Positions 13,063 to 27,114 of a DNA stretch of 64,000 bases are shown piece by piece. Below the pieces are notes generated by a model. It ran no database searches, was not told the DNA's origin, and saw only the letters and a list, made by a program, of their open reading frames with translations. A program made the translations under genes and the position numbers. The DNA is from Octopus vulgaris (lineage: Eukaryota). How positions within the stretch are numbered: position 1 is the first letter of the stretch; each line of letters begins with the position of its first letter. The DNA lies in the NCBI GenBank assembly GCA_951406725.2, contig OX597816.1, positions 118,854,001 through 118,918,000 of the forward strand, given 5' to 3'.

Positions 13063-14679
13063 AACTATATCTTTTATCTTTTACTAGTTTCAGTCATTGA
13101 CTGTGGCCATGCTGGGGCACTGCCTTGAAGAATTTTTAGTTGAATGTATTGACCCTATTTTTATAAACCTGGTGCTTATTCTATCGGTCTCTTTTGCTAA
13201 ACTGCTAAGTTGCAGGGACATAAAAACAGCAGCACCAGTTGTCAAGCGGTGGTGGACAAACACACATATATACCATGGGCGTCTTTCAGTTTTCATCTAC
13301 CAAATCCACTCATATGGCTGTGTTTGGCCTGAAGCTACAGCAGATGACATTTCCCCAAGGTGTCACGCAGTAGGACTGAACCTGGAACCATGTGGTTGTG
13401 AAGCAAGCTTCTCACCACACAGCTGCTGTTTCTCCTTATCTCTCAATCTTTTTTTTTTGTACTTGTGAACTTCCCTGCCCACTCACACTGTTCGATTTTT
13501 GTACCACTTCACTTACTATTCACCTCCCAAAACCTTGTGGGCCTGCCCTGGCGCATCTTCACCACTATCTATTTTTTCTCTTTTCCTCCACTGGGGTAGC
13601 CAGATATCTCTGCCACATCAAGACACATGTTTCTGTCCCTCTATAATACTTTAACATCACCTGGCAGAGCTACTACCCTCAATACCACTCCCCACATCAG
13701 TTGAGGGCTGTTGTCATCCTAGTTACCTGGTGACCTCATCAGTGATGGTGCCACGTAAAAAGGAAAGGAAAAAAAAAAAAACATCCAGTATACTCTGTTA
13801 AGTGGCCATAGAAACAAAGTTGATATTGAACTTGGTACAACCCTGTTGCTTGCCAGATCCTTTCAAACCGTCCAACCCATGCCGACATGGAAAACATGTT
13901 AAATGATCATGACTAGAGGCTAAAACTTCATATCCTATTACCCCAACCACACATACTTTATATATTGTGTGTTCAACCAGTATGCTGCAGTTTAGCATGG
14001 TGGGGACGACTCCCTCAAAGAGCTGGGTGTTAAAATACCTGAAAGTCAGAGACAGGCGAGACAACTCGTCCCTAATCCCATTCGAGAGTGATGGATACTG
14101 ATATTTTGCAATTTGTGTGGCTTAGCAACATCACGTACCTGAATTGAACTGGGAACGAGCTGAATCGCCAGTCTGTAACTATATAGAAACAGTGTAGAAA
14201 CCATTTGCTGGAAAGCCACGATGATGTATACTTAAGATTAATTTCAATAATGAATTAAAAGCAGCGCTAATATTGTAAACATTATTGACTGCACATACTC
14301 AATGTATGTGTTTTGCTTGTTTACCAGTAAGCTGCGGGATAGCGAGATGGGGATGATTCCTTCAAAGAGCCGAGAGAGTCAGTCAGAGTCTGTCGTTTCA
14401 GTCTGATGGTGGTCTCTTCGTATCCCGAAAAGTTAAGTCCAACCTTACGTAACACTCAACTTAAGAATATTACTAAAACACCTTCTATCCTCATTATTAA
14501 CAAGACACGTTATTAGAGTTGGAGCAGTACGCGTACACATTCACAGACGGCTAGTTGTGTACTTAATAAATAACTGTAAGAGATTATACAGACGACAGAA
14601 TCTTCTTATTCAAAATATAAAATAAATCAATAACCATCAAAGAAAAATAAGTTAAAAAGAAACTAAAAATGCTCCAGAT

Positions 14680-14710
<31 letters not shown>

Positions 14711-14730
14711 GTTTGAAGGTGATGTACCCT

Positions 14731-16115
14731 AGACGTAAGAATCTCGAAAGAACGTTCCTGTAAAAATTTGGAATGTCGTCGGTTTAAATTTTTTAAGAGT
14801 GAGAATGTTATTCCACATACACACAATATATGCTTCAGATTATATATCGAGATTCAATAAGAATGTGTAGAGAGTACTCTTACTGTGCTCTCTACATATA
14901 TAATTTAGGTTTGATGATGCAAACAGGGAATTAGAATTCAAATCATGAGTGTACATATTTTTTATTAATAATCGGCAAAGGTTACAGAGTGACTCGAGGG
15001 ACGAGGGTTTCATACAAATAGTTCGATGTGACAATGAACGATACTCTTGGGCCTGGAGTCACTGCATATTTTTGCCGATATTAATAGTATAAATACAAAC
15101 ACACACACGTTTTTGTTTTTGTTGTATATCTTCGACCTTTACATATAAATATATTTTTGTGTAGACAATAAAAAAAAATACATGCACATAAATGTAAACA
15201 TAATGTATATTAGAACAGATATTTTCATTCAGTCGGTTATTTGACTTTCTCCTACAAATATGGCCTTTCGTACTTCTAAAAACGTAATGGTTTCTTAGGG
15301 TAGTTGTGATATGATTCGTGAATGTGAGTTGTTCTTGACAAGATATTTTTAAAACAATTCAGACGAGTTGTATAAACAGGCTAGCTTTGTAAGAAATATC
15401 TCGATCGCAGAATATGCGAACACATTAACGAAAGTAAATAAGAGCGCATTGAATAACGAAAGTAGTTATATATTTCTTTTATTGGTAAAATTTCTAAATA
15501 TCCAAATTATTAAAATATAGTTACAAATGCAAACAAAGCATATTTGTATAATTCAAATGCAAAAGAAATACGCAAAATAAATAAAATAACTTTTTGACAC
15601 CATGTCCTATTTACGATGTGGAATAACTTTTTGAAAGATTTAAATTTTTACCTTCAATATTTAGAAAATAATGAATTATATTGATCGTAATAAAATATTT
15701 TTCTCTCGCTTTGCATATTTCCACGAAATAAGCAAAACAGACTTAATAGCAGTTACATATGTTGAAGTATATATTCTGTAGTCTTTGTTTTGTATATATT
15801 GAGTTGTGCTTGAACTGAACATAACGAAAACACGAAAAATATAACCGCTGAATAAATACACAGTTGGTAATTACCTTCAGTTTTCACAGAAATAAGAAAA
15901 CGAGAAAAACTATTTCACTAAGCTTTAATAGGAAATTTTAAAACGAAATATATTTATATCCTTTTTGTATATCTCCGGTCAGAATTTGAATGGAATACAT
16001 TGAGAAAATGTTCTTAGACGTAAGAATCTCGAAAGAACGTTCCTGGAAAAATTTGGAATGTCGTCGGTTTAAATTTTTCTAAGAGTGAGAATGTCATCTC
16101 ACACGCACACTATAT
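14731..16115 (+). repeat. Two near-identical ~95 bp direct repeats (14731-14825, 16016-16110)
   Basis: agacgtaagaatctcgaaagaacgttcctg(t/g)aaaaatttggaatgtcgtcggtttaaattttt..aagagtgagaatgt occurs twice in HAT1 intron 1. Confidence 0.85.
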
Positions 16116-17049
16116 ATTATATTATTCTATACTTATATTTAAATAGCTGGTTATAATTTGAATTGAAAATATTGAGAACTGAAAGGAGTACAAGACAAAA
16201 ACTTTCACTACTCTCGTTACTTTCAATATAGAAAGTGAAACAGTACTGTACAGGTATTCGACAATAGAGTCAACTGGAGTTGCCAATTTGTCTAGACTGT
16301 CCTTTATCATTATTATTGTCTATGAATTATCAAATACTAACTGGAGCCAAATTAATATGTTTATTCTTTAATGAAAAAAATATAAGGAAAAGAAAAAGAC
16401 ATTACAATAAGCGATCTTATAACTAATATTTCAAACGAAGTAAGGAATACACAATGGTAGGATAATAAACAAAGACAAAACAAAGAAAAAGAATTAACAG
16501 ACAATCGACAAGTATTTTCTAGGGCATTTGGTTGGAAAAATGGAAAGTTTAGGGCTATTACTGACAATAAAGTACTATATGTGAGAATAAAGCAGAAAAT
16601 CCCATCAAAACTCAGTAAATTGTAATCAAATATAAAAATGATAAAATACGCAAGTATCTCTTTGTATGGTTGGCTTGTCCACGTATAACATTAAACAGTA
16701 TTAGAATTACACAAATGTTGGACGTATAAATTTAATATTATAAAAATAGCGTAGCTTTAATTCTTGGCACACTTAATTAAAATTCTATTGAACGATTATG
16801 GTCTAGAAATAAGTTCATGTTAAATACGTGGACATTGTCAATCTCTTTCATACAATAAAAACGAAAACGCTTCGAAGAAAAATCTGGTAAGTTCTGTAGC
16901 TCTAAATAAAGATCTTGCTAACAGATTGAGATCATTTACGTAAAGCATGAACATATTAGTGTTAATAAATGTATATACATAGATATCTCGTCGGTAATTT
17001 GACTGAAATTTAGATTTAAAAGCTACGACATGGAAATCTATAACCACTT

Positions 17050-17270
17050 ACCCGCCATTTTGCATTCCCGCGGTACCAGATTTAAGTGAAAAAAGTAGCC
17101 TCGTTTTCAGTGGAAACGGCGGGCGACGAGAATGAGCGTTATTGAGAGTTATTCCCCATCCACTGCAAATTAACGGGTTCTTTTGGAAATAGTTGACTGG
17201 GGGAATCACTCAGACTGGTTATGTAACTCGTTTTAATTACCACATGCTAAGACATTCCGGAAGAAGGAGG
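17050..17270 (-). promoter_or_regulatory. HAT1 promoter / 5' UTR region
   Basis: Local CpG-retaining patch. A YY1-type CAAAATGGCG overlaps the start codon and an ETS-type CCGGAAG lies at 17257-17263. This is typical of a housekeeping promoter. Confidence 0.55.
17052..17058 (-). CDS. HAT1: Histone acetyltransferase type B catalytic subunit HAT1, coding exon 1 (ATG GCG G)
   Basis: The - strand reads caaaATGGCGG|gtaagt: a start codon, a perfect donor, phase 1. It splices in frame to the 6571 exon to give MAG..., matching the N-terminus of metazoan HAT1. Confidence 0.85.
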
Positions 17271-17757
17271 TGGTTGTGATTTCTTTTGCTTAAGAAAAAG
17301 GGATATTACCTCGACTATTTTAACTTAGATTAGAATTTTCTTGGCTAGAATAAATCTGAGTAAGGCAGGATAAAAGAAAGTGAAGTTTTCTGGAATAGGA
17401 TAGTTTCATGTAATAGCATGAAAATTTGAATTGATAGAACTCAGAATTTAAATATAGAAGACATAACTTGGGATTTCTTTTGACAATACAAATGATTTTG
17501 TTGAGAAAAGAGGTTAAGAATATGAAATAGAACAGAACAAAATATGGAACAGAATGTTATGGAAATTTGAATCAAGAGAATTCAGTAGTTCATCATCATC
17601 ATCATCATCATTCAACGTCCGTTTTCCATGCCGGTATGGGTTGGACGGTTTGACTGACAACTGGTAAACTGGCGAGTTGCACTGGGTTCCAAACTAATTT
17701 GACATGGTTTCTTCAGCTGGATTCCTTTCCTAACACCGACCACTCCAAGAGTGTAGT

Positions 17758-18045
17758 GGAGGCACATGGCCTAGTGGTTAGAGCAGCGAACTCGTGGTCG
17801 AGGGATCATGGGTTCGAATCTCAGACCGAGCGATGTGTGTGTTTATGAGCAAAACACATAAGCTCCACGTGGCTCCAGCAGAAGGTAATGGCAAACTTCT
17901 GCTGACTCTTTCACCACAACTTTCTCTCACTCTTTCCTGCTGCTCACCTGCGATGGACCGGCATCCCATCCAGGTGGAGAACCTATACACCAAAGAAACT
18001 GGGAAACTGGCCCTTATGAGCCAGGCATGGCTTGAGGAGGTATAA
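17758..18045 (+). mobile_element. tRNA-derived SINE (family C)
   Basis: tRNA head ggcacatggcctagtggttagagc...ggttcgaatc. Related copies at 30640, 35510-35760 (-), 43262, 52825 and 54997. Confidence 0.8.
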
Positions 18046-19092
18046 ACAAAAAACATGCTATGGGTGTCAGTTATATGACATTGGCATCAGTGATGACTAC
18101 AATTTCACTTGGTTTGCTGGGTCTTCTCAAGCACAGAATTTCACCAAAGGTCTGTCACTAAATATAAAAAACATTACTTGGGTTTTTTTTTACTATACAA
18201 ATCATTTTGCTGGGAAGAAGGGAATAGAATATAAAATAGAATAGAATCGAATATGGGACAGAATACAAAAGTATGGGAGAAAATGTTTTTAAAGGTTTAG
18301 TTAGAAGAGGAAAAGCTGAGACAATAAATTTGTTGCAGAGCTTCAGAGACTGGCAGGGAGGGTGAGGAAGGAACTATCTAGAGATCTCCAATGAATGCTT
18401 GCAACAAAGTAGAATCTGTCAAAAATATCTAAGGACTGGTTAGTAATATTAAAATGGGTTACAGATTGGTTGGATGAAATAAAATGGTATAGACTGTAGA
18501 TTGTTGTTGTCATTTAACCACTGGTCAGTTCTGACAGAGCAGACTTATGAGCATAGACGCTAAAGTCATAATCTTCACTTCTTTAGTTTAATCATAGTTA
18601 AAAGTTCCCTTTTTTAGTTGAGTGTAATTTGAATAAGAATCAAAAGATATTTTTAGCAGGTCTTACAACTTCTTAGTAATTGGATACAATATGAATTAAA
18701 AGATGATAATAAAAAGTTTATTGTACACAGTGCTAATGCAGAAAATTTACTTGTTTCTTCAGACACAAAAAGGCCATTCTAGATAGGTGGGACGGTAAGC
18801 TATGAGATTCTGTAGTAACTCTATTTGTCAGTGTATTACTCTAATAACTGGATAGTGAAGGCAGCAAGCTAGCAGAATTGTTAGCCCATTGGACAAAATG
18901 CTTAGTCACATTTTCATCCATCTTTATGTTCTGAGTTCAAATTCCTCTGTGGCCTCTCAACTGAGAGGGAAGGGTATTGCTGAAGGAAGTGACTTTGTGC
19001 TGGTATCGAGAGGTTAAACTATGATAGAGGAACAGAAACATGTGTATCTTGCTGTAGAAGTGAAACATGGCTGGCTGAGTTGGAGTCTGGGG

Positions 19093-19169
<77 letters not shown>

Positions 19170-19477
19170 GGTTGTGAAGATGTACCAGGACATTTCCTCA
19201 AAGTGAAGAGAGGTGGATGTAAGTGGAGTGGTACAGAGGAATGGACAGGGTGTGTGAGTAGAGAGTTCATAAAAGTGCAAATGCAGAGAGGTGCACCTGA
19301 GCACTGTATACAATAATTTCATTATTATTATTATTATATGTGTTAAGAACTTTGCTTTCCAACCACATGGTTCCGGGTTCAGTCCCACTGCATGGCACCT
19401 TCATGTGCAATCATATACATGCATATACATACATATACATGTATGTATGTATGTATGTATGTATGTATGTATGTATG

Positions 19478-19508
<31 letters not shown>

Positions 19509-19992
19509 GTATGTATGTATGCATGTATGTAGGTGTGTATGCATGTATGTCAGCCTTGTCACATCCTGCATCATGCTGAATCTCCCCGAGAGAGAACTAT
19601 GTTAAGGGTATGTGTGTCTGCAGAGAGCTCAACCACTTGCACGTTAATTTCACGAGTGACTCTTCCATTGATGGGATCAACTACAACACTCATTGTTATA
19701 ACCAACAGAATGCCAATCATGCATGTATGTGTTTAACAGAACAAACCATAAACAGGCAGACAACAGTATCAAGTCAGATTATGACATATTTATACTTATA
19801 CAACATATCTCTACTTGATTGTCTCATACATGTTGAATAAGTATGAATATGTCATAATTTGACTTGATACCGGCTTGATTGGTTCATTGCTTATAGTCAG
19901 TCTTCAATTAGGCAGCTTTTACACTCCTGCATTGAAAGCTTGAGTTTAGGTACAAATTTCACTTGAGAACTAATTAAATATATATATATATA

Positions 19993-20809
19993 TGTAACAG
20001 ATGATATTAATTAGCAAACAATAATATGAGATGTTGGCGTTGTACTCAGTTTGTAAGGATTGGTTCTTAGTTGATTGCCATTATGTAAAGATGAGAGAAC
20101 AGTGATTGAAGTTGTGAAGAAAATATTTATCTTTACCGCTACATCGTATATACCTTACCTCGATGGGCAGGTGATGAAATTGTAGAGCATGTGAAGTAAA
20201 GTTAGATGTCATAGATTTTCCTTGTATAGGTTTGTGTACATGAATTCTTTGTAGTAATCCACAGATAGTGATAGAATGATGTTGTAAGAGAACAGAACTA
20301 GAGCTGGTGAAAGTTGTAGGGTTGTGGGAAAATGTCTCAGTTGCTGACAGTAAATTTAATTTCTCCTTCTAACTATTGTCTTTAGCTGCCTTGCTTGTGA
20401 TCGTGATTCTGGCATTCAGCTCCCTAACTGATGGTAGCTGTCTCTGACTCAAGTTATCATTCATTAACTAACTGATTGAGTTATCATGAGCCGACTGAGT
20501 TGTCACCAAGTGACTAACTGATTTTTGTTTAGGGGTTCTTGTTTTTATAACTACCCAGAAGGATAGACATATCGTTGAGAACAATGGACTTAGTTGATGG
20601 TCTTAATTCTAGCTTTTGGTGGTCTAGGAGAGGTTAGAAAGGTCAAGTGGTGAAGACATTATTTTGGCCTGACTAAGGTAATCTGGCAAATGTAAAACTG
20701 CTGTCACAGAAAAACCATTGTTCCACTGTGAGAAAAGTTCAGTTGAAGTGTTAATTTAAATTTGGCTATGGTGGATCGAATCCACCTCATGCCTGCAAGA
20801 TCCACTACA
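19993..20809 (-). mobile_element. Probable solo LTR
   Basis: An ~817 bp non-coding block bounded by TGTA...TACA between TA and CA microsatellites, with a TATAAAA on the - strand at ~20543-20549. No internal ORF. Confidence 0.55.
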
Positions 20810-21019
20810 CACACACGCGCGCACACGCACACACACACACACACACACACATACATATATATACGACGGGCTTCTTTCAGTTTCCGTCTACCAAATCCAC
20901 TAACATGGCTTTGGCCGGTTTGAGGCTATAGTAGAAGGCACTTGCCAAAGTTGACACGAAGTGGGACTGAACCCAGGACAATGTGGTTGGGAAGTAAGCT
21001 TTTTACCACAGAACCGCTC

Positions 21020-21102
<83 letters not shown>

Positions 21103-21105
<3 letters not shown>

Positions 21106-21290
21106 CCCTCGCCATATCGCGGTTCACCTATCGTGCACTCATTCTGGCTAATATATGTAAATTTATTTCGGAGACTCCTCAGTATATTGCGGGTTTCTGC
21201 GGCCGATAAGTATTTATATTTTTCTAGATTTTGATTATTTCTGTGAGAGGTTTTGGAACGTAACACCTGCGATAGTCTAAGGATTACTGT
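21103..21290. mobile_element. pogo/Tigger-like MITE
   Basis: Ends atccctcgccatatcgcgg ... ctgcgatagtctaaggattactg|ta (CAGTA-type TIR, TA site). Confidence 0.55.
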
Positions 21291-21344
21291 ATATACATAC
21301 ATACATACATACATACCTACCTACCTACCTACCTACCTACATAC

Positions 21345-21376
<32 letters not shown>

Positions 21377-22326
21377 TGCCTTTGTTTCCTTCTTTGTTTA
21401 AGACAGACCGAAGTGACACAATGAACTAATAAAGCAATCCTTTCTTCTCTTTCATTCCCTTAGGGTCTTGTTTCATGAAAATTGAAAAAAGTTAAAAGTT
21501 GCATTTCATACTCGTTAATTTTGTACTTGCAAAAGTTACCTCCCCTGAATACAGATTGCACGATCTTTTTCTCTTTCATTCTCTCTTTCACCCATTCTCA
21601 ACCCCACCGTCTCTCTTTTGCATACTTATATATTCCGCCCTCTCCCCAGTTGTTCTATCAACTGTGAACAAAGATATTGAATTAGTATGCCAAATGACTG
21701 CATATTCAAAAGTTTGACAAGTAATAAGGACGGCCATTTGAGTTATAAATCCAATCCATCTAGCGGGTATCCAAACAGCTTCTGGGTATCCATTTGTACA
21801 AACAAGGGCATGGTTAAGGCACTTGGTGAAGGTGCTTCATAATTGCAAGGCGAACTTGCAATCACTCAACCATACAATACGCGCGCGCAAACAACACACA
21901 CATACACACACTATATATATATATATATATATATACTCTTTACTCTTTTACTTGTTTCAGTCATTTGACTGCGGCCATGCTGGAGCACCGCCTTTAGTCG
22001 AGCAAATCGACCCCGGACTTATTCTTTGTAAGCCCAGTACTTATTCTATCGGTCTCTTTTGCCGAACCGCTAAGTGACGGGGACATAAACACACCAGTAT
22101 CGGTTGTCAAGCAATGCTAGGGGTACAAACACAAACATACATGCACACACATATATACATATATACGACGGGCTTCTTTCAGTTTCTGTCTACCAAATCC
22201 ACTCACAACGCTTTGGTCGGCCCGAGGTTATAGTAGAAGACACTTGCCCAAGGTGCCATGCAGTGGGACTGAACTCGGAACCATGTGATTGGTAAACAAG
22301 CTACTTACCACACAGCCACTCCAGCG

Positions 22327-22376
<50 letters not shown>

Positions 22377-22564
22377 GAGTGTGTGTATTATGTATATATA
22401 TATATTCTTAAATATACACACTCATATGTATACAAACATACATAGGCGTGCAAGAAGCTTGCTTCCCAACCACATGATTCCGGGATCAGTCTCACAGCGT
22501 GATACCTTTGGCAAGTCTCTTCTACTATAGCCTCAAGTCATAGTATGTATGTATGTATGTATGT

Positions 22565-22629
<65 letters not shown>

Positions 22630-22925
22630 CTTGTCCCCCAAACTATCACTTGACAACAGATGTTGGTGTGTTTACATCACCGCAACTTAGCTGTTCAGTA
22701 AAAGAGACCGATAGAATGAGTACTAGGCTTACAAATAATAAGTCCTGGGATTGGTTTGTTCGACTAAATCCGGTGCTCCATCATGGCCGCAAGTCAAATG
22801 ACTGAAACAATAAAAGTAAGTAAAAGTAGTATATAAATACATACATACATACACATACACACACACACATATATATATATATATGCATACATACATACAT
22901 ACATACATATATATATCGTGAAGTA

Positions 22926-22989
<64 letters not shown>

Positions 22990-23501
22990 TGCAGGAGTGG
23001 ATGTGTGGTAAGTAGCTTGGTCCCGGGTTCAGTCCCACTGCGTGGTACCTTGGGCAAGTGTTTTCTACTATAGCCTCGGGCCGACCAACGCCCTGTGAGT
23101 GGATTTGGTAGACGGAAACTGAAAGAAGTCCGTCGTATATTTGTATATATATATATATATATGCGTGTGTGTTTGTCCCCCTAGCATTGCTTGACAACCG
23201 ATGCTGGTGTGTTTATGTCCCCGTTACTTAGCGGTTCGGCAAAAGAGACCGAAGAATAAGACTTGATAAGAATAAGTACTGGGCTGACTACAAAATAATA
23301 AGTCCCGAAAACAAACAAACAATTGTATTAGTATGGCGCTCAGGAGTTACGTTTCGACGCTCTTTACACAGAGAAAAAAAACACAGAAAGAAGGAGAGAA
23401 AAAAAGGCGGTGATCTGATTTCGGCCGAAGTCAAAGATCAAACATGAGACGCCACAGTCAAATGACTGAAACAATGTATAAAAAGAGTATTAAAGAGGTC
23501 T

Positions 23502-23558
<57 letters not shown>

Positions 23559-23562
<4 letters not shown>

Positions 23563-23916
23563 CAGTATCGCCCGGCGTTGCTCGGGTTTGTAAGGGAAAT
23601 AACTATATAAGCATTTTTAGAGAGTTATAGCCAAAATATGCATTAAAAATGGAAAAAAAATGATGGTAAATTTTTTAAAAATCGTTAACTCATCGTAGAC
23701 ATTTTTAGAGAGTTACTTCCCTTATATAATAGCGAAAAAATGCCTTAAAATCGTAGACTCATCGTAGACGCGCGCTAATACCCAGAAGGGCTCGATATGA
23801 ATCACGACTATAAGATACCCGGTTTTGGTTAAACTGCACCGCAAAATGTGGGAGTAGTTAGGAATCTAAATCGTAGGAGACAGACACTCACACAACTTCA
23901 CTTTTATATATATAGA
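23559..23916 (-). mobile_element. Non-autonomous Helitron
   Basis: The - strand starts TCTATATATATAAAA and ends with the hairpin cccgagcaacgccggg followed by CTAA. It sits between A and T in a (TA)n tract. Confidence 0.8.
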
Positions 23917-24182
23917 TATATATATCGTGAAGATAGATAGACTGACAGACAGAAAGATAGATAGATGGAGGGATACACACACACTTAAACATACAAAAGT
24001 CTGGTGCTGTGGGAATACATGCGAATAACGTTTCCTTGCTTTTTCAAATATACCTAAATTTAAAATGATTTAATATAACGATATCATTCATTCAGCATGT
24101 GTTGAAACACGCCAAAACAATTTAATTCCACACAAATATATGTTACTTTACAAACTTGCTATAAAGCATATTTTGGTTTAAA

Positions 24183-24800
24183 GTAGTATCTCCTTGTAGA
24201 CACAATTGTCAGCAATCATACTGTTCCCATTTCCCTCAGCCAATATTTTTGCATTAGCCTTCTTTTGAACCCTAGATAATGCAACATACAGATGACCATG
24301 CGAGAAGAATTGTGTCGGAAGATATATTCCAATTTGTTTTAAAAGTCTGTCCCTGTACCTTGTTGCACGTCAAGGCAAAAGTTGGCTTGACAGGAAATTG
24401 TTTGCATGTAAATGTAAATGGAAATTCCATTTCTTGAGATACATGTGGTATTCTTGGGATTAGCAGAGTTGACCCTGCATAAGGACCAGAAGTAACCTCA
24501 GCTCCAATAACATGATCATGTAAACTGACAATGATGTAGCGTGTGCCATTGCAACGTCCATTTAGTAGCGTCTAAATTTCTCAGGAGCACTATGCATAGT
24601 TTTTTCTTCTGTTTGAGAATGCGTGGTGGAAACCCTGATGGTGTAAGTTTGTTGATGAACTCGATTGGAGACAGAGTTTTATTATCAACTGTATCTGAGC
24701 TTCTGTATATATTTTTTAGCTCACCAGGGAACCTCGTCAACAGAAAATCATTCGCAAATTGTGCAGCTTCACTTATTGGAGTTACGAATGTTCTATTTGC
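24183..24800 (-). mobile_element. Helitron Pif1-like helicase C-terminal fragment, frameshifted
   Basis: LLRNLD..CNGTR..LLIPRI..QFPVKPTFALTCNKVQGQT..FFSHGHLYVALSRV..NCVYKEIL. Confidence 0.9.
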
Positions 24801-25077
24801 AAGCCACACAGGGTTTGTGAAGTTATTTTTGAGGTTAGCATATACAAAATCACATAGATCTGAAGTGTTGCATCAACGATTTGTGATCTGACAAGATTAT
24901 ATTGAAGTAGAATAATCTCCTCTCGAGATACCCTAACCAGTCGGTCATGTGTAGCGGAAACAGTATATTGTCTACGTCGCTTTGGTCTGGTTTCATCTGA
25001 TTCAGTTGCCCGTCTCTCTCTGCCGTTGTGGTTTTGCTGCTAAATTTTCTTTTTCTGTCGCTTATTATATATAAATG

Positions 25078-26645
25078 AAAGCTCGTTAAAAACTATCTTG
25101 CTTAGCGTGCTAGAAACAGTAGCGATCATATAGTTATTATTGTAAGATTTCTAGCATTCCCAAGTAGCCATACCAACAAAATCACTTCTTCATTAAAAAA
25201 AAAAAAAAAAAAAAAAAAGAAAGTTATACCGATATATTAAAGAATTTTCATCTTATCAAAAATATCCATTTAACAAACTCCGGAAAAATCGTACAAGTGA
25301 AAACTCGTTAAAAACTATCTTGTTTAGCGTGCTAGAAATAGCAGCGATTACATAGTTATTATTGTAAGGCTTATAGCGTTCCAAATACCAACAAAATCAC
25401 TTCTTCATTAAGAAAAAGAAAAAATCGTACTGGTATTTTGAAGAATTTTCATTCTATCAAAAATATTCATTTAACAAACACCAGAAACTGATAATATTCT
25501 TGAAATATAAAGGCGGCGAGTTGGCAGAAACGTTAGCACGCCGGGCGAAATGCTTAGCAGTGTTTCGTCTGCCGTTACGTTCTGAGTTCAAATTCCGTCG
25601 AGGTCGACTTTGCCTTTCATCCTTTCGGGGTCGATTAAATAAGTACCAGTTACGCACTGAGGTCGATATAATCGACTTAATCTGTTTGTCTGTCCTTGTT
25701 TGTTCCTTCTGTGTTTAGCTCCTTGTGGGTAGTAAAGAGGGTATTTCGTCTGTCTTTATGTTCTGAGTTCAAATTCCGCCGAGGTCGACTTTGCCTTTCA
25801 TCCTTTCGGAGGTCAATAAATTAAGTACCAGTTGCGTACTGGAGTCGATCTAATCGACTGGTCACCTCCCCAGAAATTTTGGGCCTTGTGCCTAGAGTAG
25901 AAAAGAATATAAAAATATCAGATTCAGTAAGTTGTTTAATTTTTTCAATTTTCATGTTTATTAATTATTCCGCTTTCATGTTTATCTTTTCAGTTTTGTA
26001 TGATTTGCTATAAAAATATAATCAGATTCAAAACGATGTTTCATCTTTTCAATTTTTATGTTTATTAATTTTTTTCATTTTTGTTTTTGTTTTATTGCGG
26101 GTTAAACAATATTTTAGGTGACAAGAGATAACTAAAAGTACCGATATTTCTCGTAAAACGTGAGGAGATAACCCAATTTTTAATGGGGTGAAAAAAAAAG
26201 AAGAAAGTTATACCGATATATTAAAGAATTTTCATCTTATCAAAAATATCCATTTAACAAATTCCGGAAAAATCGTACAAGTGAAACCTCGTTAAAAACT
26301 ATCTTGTTTAGCGTGCTAGAAATAGTAGCGATCACATAGTTTATTATTGTGAGGCATTATAGCATTCCAAATACCAACAAAATCACTTCTTCATTAAAAA
26401 AAAGAAAAAAATCGTACTGGTATTTTGAAGAATTTTCATTCTATCAAAAATATTCATTTAACAAACACCGGAAACTGATAATATTCTTGAAATATAAAGG
26501 CGACGAGTTAGCAGAAACTTTAACACGCCGGTCGAAATGCTTAGCAGTGTTTCGTCTGCCGTTACGTTCTGAGTTCAAATTCCGCGGAGGTCGACTTTGC
26601 CTTTCATCCGTTCAGTATACATACATACATACATACATACATACA

Positions 26646-26690
<45 letters not shown>

Positions 26691-27035
26691 ATAAATATTA
26701 GGGAATAAATCCAAATTTACAGGGAAAAATCAGATTTAGGATTGAATCCAATTTTATAGTAAATTCCGCCGAGGTCGACTCTGCCTTTCAATAAATTATG
26801 TACCAGTTGCGTACTGGAGTCGATCTAATCGACTGGTCACCTCCCCAGAAATTTTGGGCCTTGTGCCTAGAGTAGAAAAGAATATAAAAATATCAGATTC
26901 AGTAAGTTGTTTAATTTTTTCAATTTTCATGTTTATTAATTATTCCGTTTTCATGTTTATCTTTTCAGCTTTGTATGATTTGTTATAAAAATATTATCAG
27001 ATTCAAAACGATGTTTCATCTTTTCAATTTTTATG
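25078..27035 (+). repeat. Local tandem duplication of ~850 bp (25215-26060 and 26200-27035) containing Meta-domain SINEs
   Basis: aaagttataccgatatattaaagaattttcatc ... gatgtttcatcttttcaatttttatg is present twice; a third partial unit starts at 25078. Confidence 0.85.
25510..25905 (+). mobile_element. tRNA-derived SINE (family A) with a MetaSINE-like central domain
   Basis: ggcgagttggcagaaacgttag...gagttcaaattcc..aggtcgactttgcctttcatcctttcggggtcga. Copies near 950, 6725 (-), 10830 (-), 18860, 26497, 31170, 31695, 36520, 47245 (-), 49305 and 57350. Confidence 0.8.
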
Positions 27036-27114
27036 TAAATTATTTTATGTATTGGTTTTTAAGTCTTTCTTTGTTTGATTTGCATAATAGTGGTTTTGTC
27101 TCTAATTTAATATA

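Noticed and set aside
25510-25610. tRNA genes at the A/B-box motifs (here and at 17758, 43262, 54997)
   Set aside because: They are SINE heads: no complete cloverleaf, and each continues into a shared SINE body.
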